From Somniosus microcephalus (Eukaryota): a stretch of DNA of 64,000 nucleotides. The notes below the pieces were generated by a model. It had not been told where the DNA came from and ran no database searches. It was given only the letters and a program-made list of their open reading frames with translations. The DNA lies in the NCBI GenBank assembly GCA_052327205.1, contig CM126228.1, forward strand, positions 19,158,001 to 19,222,000, in the 5' to 3' direction. The position numbers and the translations under genes are program-made. This document shows positions 10,371 to 23,586 of this stretch, piece by piece. Every line of letters begins with the position of its first letter. Positions within the stretch are counted from its first letter, which is position 1.

Positions 10371-12399
10371 ATAATGTTGACTCTTATCACTGGCCACACT
10401 TCACTGGAGCCTTGTCACAATCACTGACCCAGTTTATTGGAGACTTGTCAGGATAGTTTTCTGACTGATCAATGTCTCTTTAACCGCCCCACCCATTCCA
10501 GCCCATCAAATCTGTTCAATTTTGCCTGCTTTCAACACTTGGATCAAAGTATAAATTTTCTCTTATAACCTAGTTACAAAAGGGTGATCATCCTTTATAG
10601 GGCCTAGCATCTTGAAATTTCTTATGCCAGACTGGCAGTGTGTTTCAGTCCTTTTTCTAAACCATACTATTCATAGCTAGCACTGCCTGCAAGAACAATA
10701 TATCTTATTTCTGTCTAGAAGTTTGATCCAATACTACATACTGAGATGTTCCCAGAAATTGTAAATGTGGTATTTTGTTAGGATGCATGCTATCCCATTT
10801 GTGCAAGTTGAGGACTTCAAAAAATGTCATTGTATTAGTTTTCGGGTTATTTTTAACATGAAGTTTTGTCACGGGTGTTTTGGCAGTGGTGGAGCAAAAC
10901 TTGTCAGAATCCTGTAATTGGATTTGATGCTAGCTACACTGTTTGAATATACATCTAGATTATTCCAAAAAAACTTTAAATCTATACCAGATTTGTTCAA
11001 ACCTTTCAATCTTGAAAACTTTTCTTTAGAAGATAATATTTTTGGAAAAAGAGTGCATAAGGATGATCTTTTTAGCTAAAGCTAATGATAACAACTGGGA
11101 ATTGGAGATTTTAAATAGCAAACGAAACAGTCAAGGTCCAATTTAAAAGACGTGTTCAAGACTTCTAAAATTTTGCCAGCAATACCCAAAAACACGAGTT
11201 TGGTGTTTAGAACAAAATAAATGTTCAAGTGAACCATTTAAGGTAAATTTCAATACCTGTAAAACTGGGTATCCAAACGTCTCTCAAATGGAGGTGTCCC
11301 ACCAGGCACTTCTGGCTAATTACAGGGTTTTGACTAGAGGGCATCAAAAGCTTGTATATTATGGACCATTTATATGAAACTGGCAATGTTCTCTAATTAA
11401 TTATGTGAGACCACATTGCTGTTTAATTGTGGTTTATCCATTTAATTAACTTGTTTATGTTGTCTAGTTTTCAGGCTTTTATCTCAATTCCTATCCTTAA
11501 TAGAATACTTGATAGAATGCTCACAGAATTGTATCTAGAAGTTTGAACACCGTAACTAAGTAATTTATGTAAAAATATAAATTTACACTTCAATATTTGT
11601 TCCCCCCCCCCCCAAAAAAAATGACTCCTACTGTATTAGGATCTGTATTTTGTTGCTCATAATGATGCAAGATGAGATGGTAGTGCTGGATGCCAAGTCA
11701 TTGTTTTCCCTACTTCATCTCGAAGGCAAGGCTTAATTATAATATTTTAATCATGCGATGTCTTCACAGTTCAGTTGCAGCTTTCGTATTATAAAAGGAA
11801 GCAGTATAAAATCTGTAATCTCCATATTGATGTAGCCTGGAAAAGTTATTCTGGCATCTGGTTCTGTTGTATAAGAAAGTGCTTAATTTTCATGTAATTG
11901 TACCATATGTACTTAATTTTAGCATTCTTGTGGCCAGTGAGCACCTACTTCTGCTTATTCCATCATAAAGAAAGATTTTGCAAACTAAGCTAGTGACTAC
12001 ATATAAATGTCCCCAATGTACCTCTTGCTTGGCAAAATAATCTGCTAATTCAGATCTAAAAATTTGTGGAATGAATACAGTGGCAATTAAAACTGTTTAT
12101 ATAAAAAAAAAAAAAAGTTGATCGAGTTATACCAGTTACAGTTAGTCACACGCTTCTGATGTTTCTTTTGTAGTGTGATCATATAGGAACTGAGAGGTTT
12201 ACAAAAACTGAGCAACAATATTTTCCAGGTTACAGTGCATAATATTTTCCATAGTTTAACAATCGAAGCATTTGGCTGTTTTGTTAGTTCAGGAAACATC
12301 TGTGATTTATTTTTTTTGCTAAGTTCCATTAAGACTGATCTAATCACTAAATTACTGATTATTTTCATGTAAAGTGGCCAATATATTTTTGGCAAACTT

Positions 12400-12612
12400 C
12401 TGTTTTGACTCCATGCTTTAGAACTCTTTCCTGAATCCTCAACCTTGATACCTCAATTCTCTCCTTTTTTAAAAGCCTACTTCAGCCTGTCCTCTTTAAC
12501 TATGCCTTTGATCACCTCCCCTAACTCTTCTGCCCCCTTTGCTTGGCACCTGTGTTCACCTCTTTGGGATACTTTACTATGTGAGAGGTTCAATACAAAT
12601 GTAAGTTGTTGC
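12400..12612 (+). mobile_element. L2 LINE 3' end fragment
   Basis: GAACTCTTTCC...TACAAATGTAAGTTGTTG tail shared with the copies at 35820-36200 and 41740-42105. Confidence 0.55.
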
Positions 12613-12694
12613 TTCCTCCAGCCAGAAGATAATTTTCAAATCATGCAGAAATGTATGTTAACTAAAAATATCCAATTCTCTTTTTACATTTTAG

Positions 12695-13352
12695 GTAGCA
12701 TTTTCATCTCGGATTCCTGTTGCTTTTCCTACTGGTGATGCTAACTCACTCAGCAAAAATATCATGATGTATGCATGTACTGTTAAAAATATTAAGCACC
12801 TTCCAGATAATAATCCAAATATCAATGGAGTGACCCATTCTGTGAGTAGCTCAAAAATAAATATCATCACTCCATCAGTTATGATGATTTCAAAACACAT
12901 TGATGGGTCACTAAACCAGTGGGCAGTAACTTTTGCTGAAGAATCTGCCTTCACCACAGTTCTAATCGTGTCGCACAAGTTCAGATATTGTGGACACCGT
13001 TTTCATCTAAATGACTTGGCTTGCCATTCAGTGCTACCGTTGCTGTTGACCTCTTCACATCACAATGCGCTAATGACTCCTGAAGCTGACTTTGTTGAAA
13101 AAGAAAAGCTTATGGTAGAACCTGCAAAGTCCTTAAAAGGGCCAACTTCACAGCAGGTTAAAAATGCTGCTACACGAACGTTTCATGACCCTAATGCCAT
13201 CTACAGTGAACTGATACTTTGGCGTATGGACCCAATAGGACCATTGTCATACTCTGGGGGAGTTTCAGAGCTGGCACGTATCAATTCCTTGCATACATCA
13301 GCTTTTTCGAATGTGGCCTGGCTTCCAACGTTGATCCCAAGCTATTGCCTTG
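12695..13352 (+). CDS. DMXL2: DMXL2 exon (window exon 4)
   Basis: ttttag|GTAGCA...CTTG|gtgagt; VAFSSRIPVAFP...HRFHLNDLACHSVLPLLLT...AWLPTLIPSYCL; phase 0-1. Confidence 0.95.
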
Positions 13353-13513
13353 GTGAGTTTGAAAATCAGTTTTGATACAGTTAAAATATTTAATCAGAAA
13401 AGTTGGTTGTAGGCATGTTAGTCAAAAATAATAGAATCTTTTATCATGTTATAATTTCAAACTGTTTTCATAGTTTTCCATCACGGAAAATTGGAGACAC
13501 ACTTGGCCTTTTA

Positions 13514-14806
13514 GGGCTGAATTTTGCCAATATTACTTCTGTCATCTCAACCTCACCTGCCATCTATTCCATCAGCATCGGTGCCCTTTAAAAATCTCAC
13601 GTTGGTCTTCAGAATCCCAACACGATCAGCCCCAATACCAGCATCACCAGGCACATCAGCAACTCCAACATCCACACCAACCTTCTCCGCAATCAACTGA
13701 TGCTGCACTGGATACAGGGCATCATCACCCATGCACATTGCTGCCCGGGATGTCAGCGATGGCCTGACCATGTCCAGATTTGCTTCACTTAACACTGTAC
13801 ATCCTGACTGCCACATAATGCGCCAGGTTGGCACCACCCCACACCAACATCATAAAGCATCCCTACGATGTCCAAGCCATTCCTTTCATACTCATCATCA
13901 TTGGGGTGGGGGGGGAACGTTATGTCTCACCATTCACTGGAACTCACTAAGACACTTTCAAAGGTATACACACATCTGTCCAAGAAGGCAAAGTGGCAAC
14001 AATAAAGATTTCAGTGCTTGACAGCACATTAACAGAAAGCTTATGAACATTGGCTAAAACACCCAAGTGCCTACCTTTGTGTGTTGTTAGTTGGTATGAT
14101 TGGACTAGGGTGAGGGTGAGGGGTGGCTAGTGAGATGGGGATGTGATAATGTAGATAGAGAGGGATGGGTGGAGGTGCAAAGTAAGTTGGTGTGAGTAAG
14201 GATGTGCAGGAGTAGGGGAGGGAAGGCAGAGTGATGGGGATATAATGAGTGGCACAGGAGGATGAGGTTGAGTATAGTTTTGCAGTAACGTTTCGTGATC
14301 TACTGAGATCATTGAAAGGTTTGCGCCACTGCAGCCAGGTCCTCCTGACAACATCCCTGCTTATGTCCTCCTGTGCAACGTGCAACCAGGCTGCATTGGT
14401 GTCATGGGGAGGTCACTACCGGCCATAGGAAGGGAAGAGAACCTCCCTGCATGCTGTGACTCCCTCCATAAGCATATGGACGGAGTCATGGGAGAGCCTG
14501 GGTGCAGCCGTGCACCTTTGTGCAGTGTTTCAGTGTTTGCAGCACCTCAATGCTGTAGATCACTGACAGCACAACTGTCAAAATGAATGTGGACATGGTC
14601 CCTTTATGGAAACTGGCTGATGGCGCATCATCAGATGACGTCATCAGACCTTCCTTTTTAATTGGCCGGGAACCTCGCAGGGTGAACTTAACCAGCCCAA
14701 TCAGGGCAAAATCACTTGGAGGAGGCGGGATGAAGACGGGTGCGGAGTTTGAGGCCACTGGCTACTTCGGCCGCACCAACTCGCCATGGCTGGCGAAATC
14801 GCGGCC
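13514..14806 (-). mobile_element. Internally deleted Harbinger-type element carrying a Myb/SANT-like DNA-binding domain fragment
   Basis: TTA flanks; degenerate TIRs GGGCTGAATTTTGCC / GGCGAAATCGCGGCC; minus strand about 14295-14400 encodes WLHVAQEDISRDVVRRTWLQWRKPFNDL. Confidence 0.7.
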
Positions 14807-15254
14807 TTAGAGTCTATGTTTCCTGTGAACTCCCTGATCTTCATTTTTCCTCACTGTCTGCATCCATCAGAACCACATCAGTGTGCTGCTTTACCTTTTC
14901 TTAAATAAAGGTAAGCCATATGAAAAGACTAACACAATGTTGGCTTCTAAACATTGGCTTTTATGAGAACATCTATCTTCAAGCTCCAAGGGACACATCA
15001 GGTGGCCTTTCTGGAAAGCAGTGGCAAAAGTTGCAGCCTGCAAAATTAAAGACAACGAAACAACCCAGAGACTCCTCCGCAATATATCACCTCCTTGTCC
15101 AAAAAATTACTGAATGTGAAATTTTCCAGGCAAGCCATCCTTGCAGCATTTCTGTGGCCAGTTTTGTGCTGTAGACCTATGCCGAAAGGAAACTGGGTTG
15201 AGCTATCCAAGGCTATTTTAGGTAGGACCTTTTACAATCAGTAGAGAGAAGTCC

Positions 15255-15330
15255 ATTAGCCTGGGCTGGATTCAAATCTGGATCCTAGAGATGAAAAGAC
15301 AGTGCTAACCCACTGCATCATCTGATCCCG
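15255..15330 (-). mobile_element. tRNA-derived SINE head, LF-SINE-like
   Basis: Minus strand ...CAGTGGGTTAGCACTGTCTTTTCATCTCTAGGATCCAGATTTGAATCCAGCCCAGG resembles the LF-SINE 5' head as recalled. Confidence 0.45.
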
Positions 15331-16145
15331 ACCTCTCTATGATATGTATATTAAAAAATTATTCAAATATATTGGTGCTAACTTATAAATTATTTTATCG
15401 TTCATTAATGTTCATTATTCAAAGCAATCTGCTCAAAACAATATATTCCTAGTATTCTATTGCTGTAAATGTTTCTTGACCATACACAGTTCTCTTATCC
15501 TGTAAATGCAATAGCTGTTATTAATAGCGTTGAATCCTGGATTTTTACCGGACTTGCTGAAGTGCTGCGCCATGACATCCATTATTTCTACAGCGACACT
15601 TCTGGTTCAAAATCATACCCCACACCCAGGGTCAGTGCTGCCTTCCAAAACATTGGAACCTCTCGAGGCTAAAGATATATATGTAACCTTTTAGTCTGAT
15701 GTCTTTAACAAATTTATAGCACCAAATAAATCACCACGGTTATATCTGAGGGATTTGTTAGTATTTAGAACTGGAAATGTATTATTTGTAGCCTGAGTAG
15801 GTGTTGATTTTTTTATCTTCACTGATCTGTTGAATTTTGTATTCAAAAGAATTTGCAGTAACTTTATTGGGTTAATATTTGGCTGTGTAAAGCTTAAAAA
15901 GAATTATTTTCCTACATCTCCCTAGTTTAGTCTAAGAACTGTTATCTAAACATTATACACACAGCAAAATATACCCCATTGTTACTAACCGATGCACTGT
16001 TCATTGTTTTATTCTCTTCAAACAATTATAAACGGACACAACTATTACCAGGTTAACTATTAAATTATATTACTTTATTTACTGTGAAACCTTTAAAACA
16101 TTTTTAATAGAATTATGCATAATTATATTCCACTTTGATTTTTAG

Positions 16146-16267
16146 GGACCTACTGCAACTCTGCTAGTGCTTGTTTTGTCGCTTCCGATGGTCAGAATCT
16201 CAGGCTTTACCAGGCTGTGGTTGATGCTAGGAAACTTCTGGATGAACTTTCTGATCCCGAAATCTCG
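16146..16267 (+). CDS. DMXL2: DMXL2 exon (window exon 5; missing from the ORF track)
   Basis: tttag|GGACC...ATCTCG|gtaggt; GTYCNSASACFVASDGQNLRLYQAVVDARKLLDELSDPEIS; phase 1-0. Confidence 0.95.
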
Positions 16268-16374
16268 GTAGGTTAATGGCTCCAAAAACAAAAACCTAGA
16301 ACTAATATTATAACTGTCATTATAAAATGTTCTTAAATAACTTTAAGCACAATAAAAAACATAATTGATTTTCA

Positions 16375-16880
16375 TATAGGAGGGGGTGACCAAAAGTTTG
16401 GTGAAAGAGATGGATTTTAAGGAGAGTCTTAAAGGAAGGTAGAGAGGCAGAGCGGTTTAGGGAGGGAATTTCAGAGCATGGGGCCCAAATGGCTGCCAAT
16501 GGTGGGGCAAGGCATGGAGGGGAAATGTACAAGAGGTTAGAGTTGGAGGAGTGGAGAGTTTGGGGGGGTGCGGTTGTAGAGCTGGAGGAGGTTTTTAGAG
16601 ATCTGGAGGGTGAAGCCATGAAGAGATTTAGGATAAAAATTTTAAATTTGAAATGTTGTTGGACTGTGTGTTAATGTAGGTCAGCAAGGACATTGGTGAT
16701 GGATGAGTGGGACTTGGTGCAGAATAGAATACAGACAGTAGAGTTTTGGATGAGCTGAAGTTTATGGAGGGTAGAGGATGGGAGGCCAGAGAAGAAAGTC
16801 TTGGAATAATCAAGTATAGAGATGACCAAGGCGTGAATGAGGATTTCAGTGGCATGTGCACTGAATTAGGGGCAGAGAAT
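16375..16880 (-). mobile_element. L2 LINE 3' fragment
   Basis: Minus strand shows degenerate L2 C-terminal coding, including SLPSFKTLLKIHLF. Confidence 0.7.
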
Positions 16881-17801
16881 AAGAATGGTTTTAATATTTT
16901 TATACCACATAATATACTTGTTGCTGAGTCATTTTAGATTGATTATGGGCTGTTATGTGTTGCTAATGGGTAAGGTTCACCACTCGCACAATATATAGTC
17001 GCTCTCTAATACGACTCATCTTCTTTAAGTATTGGTTTCCTTATTTGTATTCTTTCTGATGTATTCTTTTGTTGATCAGTCAGTTCTATTTGCTCTTGAT
17101 TCTTTTTGGATCTCTTGCATCCATTTTCTCCAGGCTAGAAAGACTGCAACATTTACCTGCAGGCTGGAGCTCACTATGCTTTTAAGGAGCCATTCACAAC
17201 TACGATTTTTGCAGATTCCTAATGCAGGCTGTGCCACTGTGCAACTTTGGTATATAACTGCACCCATACTGAGGTGGTCATGGAGGAGTTGATTCTCATT
17301 CCTGCAGATCATCTGATATAGCAGCACGATGAGCAATGTGCACTGTATTTCCTGTAGTAATTGTGTACAATTCTTGCGGGATTTGTGTTTGTGTCAATTT
17401 GTATATGGTGTGTGTTTTCCCTGGCCGTTCATAACTTGACCCAAATTACAACATTTTTTTTAATGGTCAAACAGAGCAAGAGAATTAGTCAAATTGCTTT
17501 TTTTTAAATATAGGGACTGAAATTCTTCGAGCCCCTTTCTACCACCAGGGAAGGGTTCAACTGACATGAAGAGTTGGGTGCCTGAACCCTTTATGGTGCT
17601 TCCTGGGTATCTGCTCCACAGAGGACCAAGAATGTTGGAGCTTCATCCTACAGCTTTATCGGGAGGGGGAGACTGCTAGTTTAGGCTGAAGAGCTAAATT
17701 GTCAAAAGATGCTGCCAATTTCTGTAGAGCCACTTTCCTAATGTTCTGTGATCGACTGCCATTGGGAAACCAGCATTAGGCCTCCACTTCCCAGTTTATG
17801 C

Positions 17802-19255
17802 GAATGAGGAGAGCCAATATAAATTAAAGGGTACAGTTCTAAAGAGGGGTGCTAGAACAGAGACACCTGCGGGTATATGTGCACAAATCGTTGAAGGTGG
17901 CAGGGCAGATTGAGAAAGCAGTTAAGAAAGCATACGGGATCCTGGGCTTCATAAATAGAAGCATAGAGTACAAAAGCAAGCAAATTATGATGAACCTTTT
18001 TACAAAACACTGATTCGGCCTCATATGGAGTATTGGGGGAAAAATTCGCTATCGTCCCATTTGGGGCGCCATTATCGGCCGTGCGCAATGTTTAGCACCT
18101 GGTGCTAATTATCGCCTCCGACAGCAAACTTGGCTTTTATTGCCCCTGGAGGTGATTGGAGCGCTAAATCAGGCGCTTCACACCTGTCTTAAGGCGCAAA
18201 GGCCGAGGAGCAAGGCGCTACCTCAGAGTGCTGGCGAAGCAAGGAAGGGCAAATCTAAATAAACCTGCAAAGTGCTGCTCAGTACTCAAAACTCCTTCAC
18301 ACAGCATTGAATCTCTCCAGAAGTCAGTCTCTCTCTCTCGCTCTCTCTCTCAGAATGCGTGGTGCAAAAATGTCACTGCCAAAAAAAGGCAGGAAGCGGT
18401 CGCCTTTAAATAGCGCTCCCCTAGTCCCTTTCTGACAGCATAACGCTCGCCTCAACCTGTCATTGCTAGCGGCAGGCAGTAAGGCAGGGGGCACCACTCA
18501 ATATCCGATCCGGGGCGCTAATGGGGTGTTGCGCACTCGACTGACATCACAATCTGCCGGCGCAGGAGATCATGGCGGTTGTGCTGAGCGCCGCCGCAAA
18601 ATGTCTAGTTAATTTCGCGAGTGGCACAAACATCGCCGCGCCCAGGCGCTAGTTGCTTTGCGCCCCATTAGCGCCCTCTTAAGGCGCTAACGGGAGGCGC
18701 AAACAACTGAATTTTTCCCCCACTATGTCCGATTATGGGCACCGCATTTTAGGAAGGATATGAAGGCCTTCGAGAGGGTGCAGAAAAGATTTATGAGATT
18801 GGTTCCAGGGATGAGGGACTTCAGTTACGTGGATAGACTAGAGAGGCTGGGGTTGATCTCAGAGCACATAAGGTTGAGAGAAGATTTGATAGAGGTGTTC
18901 AAAATCATGATGAGTCTAGACAGAGTAGATGGAGAGAAACTGTTCCCATTGGCGGAAGGGTCGAGAACCAGAGGACACAGATTTAAGGTGATTAGCAAAA
19001 GAACCAAAGGCGACATGAGGAAAAACTTTTTTACGCAGCAAGTGGTTAGGATCTGGAATGCACTGCATGAAAGGGTGACGGAGGCAGACTCAGTCATGGC
19101 TTTCAAAAGGGAATTGGATAAGTACCTGAAGGAAACAAATTTGCAGAGCTACGGGGAAAGGGCAGGGGAGTGGGACTAGCTGAAGTGCTCTTGCAGAGAG
19201 CCGGCACGGGGCCGAATGGCCTCCTACTGTGCTGTAACCATTCGATGATTCTATG
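17802..19255 (+). mobile_element. 5'-truncated CR1 LINE (RT C-terminus and 3' UTR), itself split by a MITE
   Basis: Encodes VHKSLKVAGQIEKAVKKAYGILGFINR...ERVQKRFMRLVPGMR...FFTQQVVRIWNAL; ends in an ATTCTATG-like tail; TATGC on both flanks. Confidence 0.9.
18035..18721. mobile_element. CpG-rich Harbinger-type MITE (family C) inside the CR1
   Basis: TIRs GGGGGAAAAATTC / GAATTTTTCCCCC; flanks ATT/ACT; shares CCTTTAAATAGCGC and end sequences with the transposase-bearing element at 62873 onward. Confidence 0.85.
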
Positions 19256-19653
19256 CAGTAAGTATACTTGCATCATTCCCTTTGTGGCAATAAAGTTGAA
19301 GCCGCCAGGGTTTCTGGGGGAGGATATTGTTTCTACCTCTTTACACCTGTCCCCTCCCATCAAAATTTTTCAACATTAAAAAAAGGACAGAGATCTGATG
19401 GACTTGGGCCTTACCCAAAATTCTAGTCCCCTGCCCAGCTTGCAACTTTGTTCCACCCTCTTAAGCCCAGGAATTTCCAGGCCATATTGTTTCAAGTAGC
19501 TAAATTGATGTGAGCAATTAAGCTACTTATTTTACTAAAATTTTGAATGCTTTAAAATAAAATAAATGAGGCTGGTATGCTATAACTATTTCTGCATAGA
19601 ATTTGTATTTGCAACTGTTGTATTTAATATTTTTATTATGTCTCTTTTTGTAG

Positions 19654-19743
19654 AAATTTGTTGGAGAGGTATTCAACATAGTAAGCCAGCAATCAACAGC
19701 TCGACCAGGTTGCATTATTGAACTGGATGTAATAACCGCTCAG
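19654..19743 (+). CDS. DMXL2: DMXL2 exon (window exon 6; missing from the ORF track)
   Basis: ttgtag|AAATTT...GCTCAG|gttaga; KFVGEVFNIVSQQSTARPGCIIELDVITAQ; phase 0-0. Confidence 0.95.
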
Positions 19744-19999
19744 GTTAGAAATTTGGACTGATGTAGAATTTTACATGAATTTTATCTTCCTTTGCCCCTA
19801 CTTTAGCTTGTTCTAACTCCAGGTTTTGTTGATTTTGGAATCAACCATTGATATGTGACATCAGTATGTACAGCCTGAACCTGTAGCTAACTTTTCCGAC
19901 CATTGAATATGAATAGTCATAAAATCTAGTCACTAGTTCTTAATGAACATGGGTTCACAGTACAATGACTGACATTAAGTTGGCAATCTTACTTTCAGT

Positions 20000-21255
20000 C
20001 CCAAGACATTGTAGGGCTTCCTCTTGGCATTGAGCATGACTAGGAGAATGAGCCGAGGCCATGCAGAGCAGGACAAGCTGCTAGAAGGGGGAGGAGGAGG
20101 AAGGGCTCTCAGCAGGAGGCCATATCCTCAGAGGGTCTTTGGGGAGTAGATATGTTAGAGAACAGATTGCTGGAGTGCTGTGATGCCCCGGAAGCCCCTT
20201 TGCACCCTGGTATCCAGAGCCATGATGGCAGCAGTCTGAGCTTCCACTCAGATGTTGGGTGGATGCTGCTTGTGCTGCAGCGGGAGCTGAGACATCGCCC
20301 ATCAGACGCTACATCATGGTTGATTCCACTGGTGTGCTGTTGGAGGTAGCCACCTGTTTCATGTTAGAAAGGATGGGCTCCAAGCTCTGCGCAAAGCCCT
20401 GTGCCAAGTTGGTGCTGGACTCCTCCATGCCCCTTGACATTGAATGCAGGCTTTCTGGCAGGCTTTCCAGTGTACCAAGCATTTGTGTGTGTACACCCAT
20501 CAGCCGCCTTCTGTAGCCTGGCCCATTAAAGTCATCATCTGAGTCCTCTGCAGCAGAACTTGTGTGCAATCTCGCCCTCCGGCAAGCTGTCACCTGTGCT
20601 ATCCTTTCCCCCGCCCTGGCTGCAGCGCACTTGTGCCCGGTGTCTCACCACATGCACATCCCGCCTCTATCCTATCCTCTAAATTACATGCAGTGTCAGT
20701 ATCTGAACTGGTAGCTGCGACTGTGATATCAAGTGACGTTGTGTCTTCATCTTCACTGTCTGCTTGCTCTTCCTCCACTGCCTGGGCAGGTTGCAGTTCT
20801 TGGGTATCTGAAAGGAGACAAGGGTAGGGTTGTGGTGAGGGGAGAGGAGAAAGTAAGAAGTGCATGCTTACACCATTAGCAGCTTCTCAGTCAGAAGCGA
20901 TTTGGGATGTGGGAAGGAGGATTAGGTATGAGGATACCGTCCTCTTCAATGGCTTCAGCCCCGCCAGTGGGCACGGCCTCAGCGATGCCCCTCCCCATAG
21001 TGGCCAGTACAATCTCCACCATGGGGGTCAGAACATGCAAGCGCACCTCTCCCTCTCCGGTTGTGTGCCATCTTCTCCTGCAAGAGAGAGTGAAGTGTGT
21101 CAGTGAGTGACGTGCAATCTGTTTGGGTGCTGTGGCTATCATAGTTGAATAGCTGCCATTGTGTGCAAGCTGTGAGATGTGGGTGTGAGACTTGCAACAG
21201 TGCGCATTGTGTGAGGGTGAGGTAAAGCATATGAATGTTAGGGTTGAGTCCTAAT
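20000..21255 (-). pseudogene. Fragment of a Harbinger accessory (Myb/SANT-like) gene, C-terminal exons with introns
   Basis: Minus strand cttgcag|EKMAHNRR...LTPMVEIVLATMG...AEAIEED|gt (21077-20938), then tttcag|TQELQP... (from 20807) and RRRLMGVHTQMLGTLESLPESL; frameshifted. Confidence 0.6.
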
Positions 21256-22826
21256 TGAGTTATTCTTTAAAACAGAATTTAAATTTGAAGTGTAGTGGAT
21301 AAAGTGTGCTATGTGCTACATTTGGAGGCTATTGAAGAAGTTATGGCAGACATCAAAAGCAAGACTGTAATTTCCACTACTTTGAGGTCCCCAAAAAATA
21401 GAGTAGCTTCTGCCTTTTCCTGGGCCTATGTGATGTACTGAACATGCTTCTCATAAGAGATGGCCAGAATGATCCCTTCACCTAAAATAATCCAAGTAGT
21501 CTGCTCAGGAGACTGGCTAGTTATAACTGACCTCCAAATTGCCTGCTTCCACTTGGTCATGCAATCAAATTCTTCAAGTTTTATCTCGTGCTAGTTGCTT
21601 CCTTGAATAGGTACTTTGATTTAGCCTTGTAGTTGCCCTCTGAGTGTTTGCAATATGCCTATCTGTTTTTCAGTTCATCCATGGCTATAGCACTTGCATG
21701 CCTGTCATTAATTAGATTGTGCTCAGGTTGCAATTCCAGCAGACCCATCTGCCTTTTGGAATGAGTTCATAAATTATTAGAAGTCTCACCTGGCCCAATG
21801 GCAGGCCTAGGTACCACTTTCAGACAGCTGGGAATTGTTTCCTCAGAGGCGAGTGTGCTGCCCACTGAGCCACAGCTGAATAGCAATGGTTCTTATTGTA
21901 AGGGGCTTTCCCTCCAATGGTGGATGTTTTGATATCTTCCAGAAACTCTCCTCGTAATAGAACATATAATACTAAATGAAGGAGGCGCAGGTTGTATTGA
22001 TTTGAGTTGTTTGACAAAGGTGAAATTGTAGGACATATTAGCCTCAAACAAGAATGCCTGGAATGTCATGAGTACAATCTGCGCAAACCATATAAAAATC
22101 ACTTCACTCACCAAGAGTATCTCTACTGTTACTGGAGCAACAATTCAAACAGAATTGAGAGAAATCAATGGAATGATAACAGATGAATTCCCATATTTCA
22201 GTGGATGAAGTTACATTTGCCTCAAGGCAGGTAACAGCAAAGATGCTTTTTGAGATGCTTTTAGTTTAGATCATTACTAAACCCCACCAGATGATTCTGA
22301 CAGTCGAGATAAAGATGAAAGTTATGGTACTACAGTAAACCACATAAAGCAATTTAATTCACAATATATACTGTATAACGAATAATATAGAACATACTTA
22401 ATTGTACTGTACTACAGTATATCTGAACAGTGTGAGCTTTTTAGTGCAAAATCTAAATTGTAATATAAAACAAAGTACTGCTCAGTAGTTATCTGCTAAC
22501 ATCGTCATTTTCCAGTTGTTAAATAAGTAGTTGTGCAAGTGTTAGTTAAAGCATTAAATATTTTGGTACAGGGTATGCTGAAAGTAGTTTACTTCATGGG
22601 GGTAAGTAACCAGGTATATATGTTCTGAACATTCTTTTAAAATACAGTCTCTTATTAATCTAGAAACTCTGTTTATATTCCACTTTCATGATAAGGAGAT
22701 GAATGTTGATTCAGTAAGCTGATGCAAAACTAGGTAGTGATTAGTTTATTATTCATATTGATAATTGTATGATTGTTTTGATTTTTGTGGAGTGATGACA
22801 CAAAAAGCCATTGGAATGCATATAAT

Positions 22827-23586
22827 GGCCCAGAAATTCGGGTCGGGGGCTTCCCGCGGGTGCAAGCCCCCGATCTGCACTTACCTAGCACGCCGGCCGT
22901 TGAGCTGTGGGCCCCCGTGGAATTCCAATCCGGGGCCTGGTCCAGCTGCCGGCGCGCAGTGCTTGCGTATCCCAGGGGCGCAGTTAGTTCGATGCGTCCC
23001 CTGGGAGCACGTGGACCATGGGGAGCCAATCGGAGCAGGGAATGCTCCATTCATAAGTCTGACAGGAAGAGCTGTCAAGACTTATAAATACTACGGCCCT
23101 AAAACAGCACTAAATCTTCAACAAAAAAAAAAAATTTTTAAGTCACTTTTTAAATAAACTATAAATTACATGAAATAACTATTTGAAACAATAATTTAAA
23201 TTTTTGGAAAAAATACTGTAATTTTATTTTCTAACGGGGCTAAAAATAAACTTACCTTGCTTTAAAGTATTTAAAAACAATAAACCTGTGGAAAAAATGT
23301 TTTAATTTTAATTAATTCACCACTTAGCTTGTAAAAAGCAGGCCTTTCGCCTGCTTTTTACATTTCTAAATTCTGGACACTTACTCTCCCGGGAAAACTT
23401 GTTAAAAAAAACGAAGTTCGATGCGCACGCGCAGCCTCTCCTGCGCACGCGTTCGATCTCTGAACCCCTTTGTTCAGAGGAACGGAAGTGCCGGTTTCCC
23501 GTGCATGCAGGAAACCGGCACTTCCATTGGGCCTACGGGTGAGTACCCCATGCGTACTCACCCGTGGAGACCCGAATTTCTGGGCC
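22827..23586. mobile_element. MITE family A, inverted relative to 2172-2937
   Basis: AAT|GGCCCAGAAATTCGGGTC ... GACCCGAATTTCTGGGCC|AAT; internal sequence mirrors 2172-2937. Confidence 0.88.

Larger units (their letters stand above)
17513..19483. mobile_element. Old Harbinger-type MITE interrupted by a CR1 insertion
   Basis: ATA|GGGACTGAAATTC ... GAATTTCCAGGCC|ATA. Confidence 0.55.

Noticed and set aside
22187-22236. IPIFQWMKLHL followed by CAG|GTAAC, resembling a Hox hexapeptide at an exon end
   Set aside because: An in-frame TGA lies immediately upstream, the YPWM/FPWM proline is absent, and I found no downstream homeobox; most likely chance.
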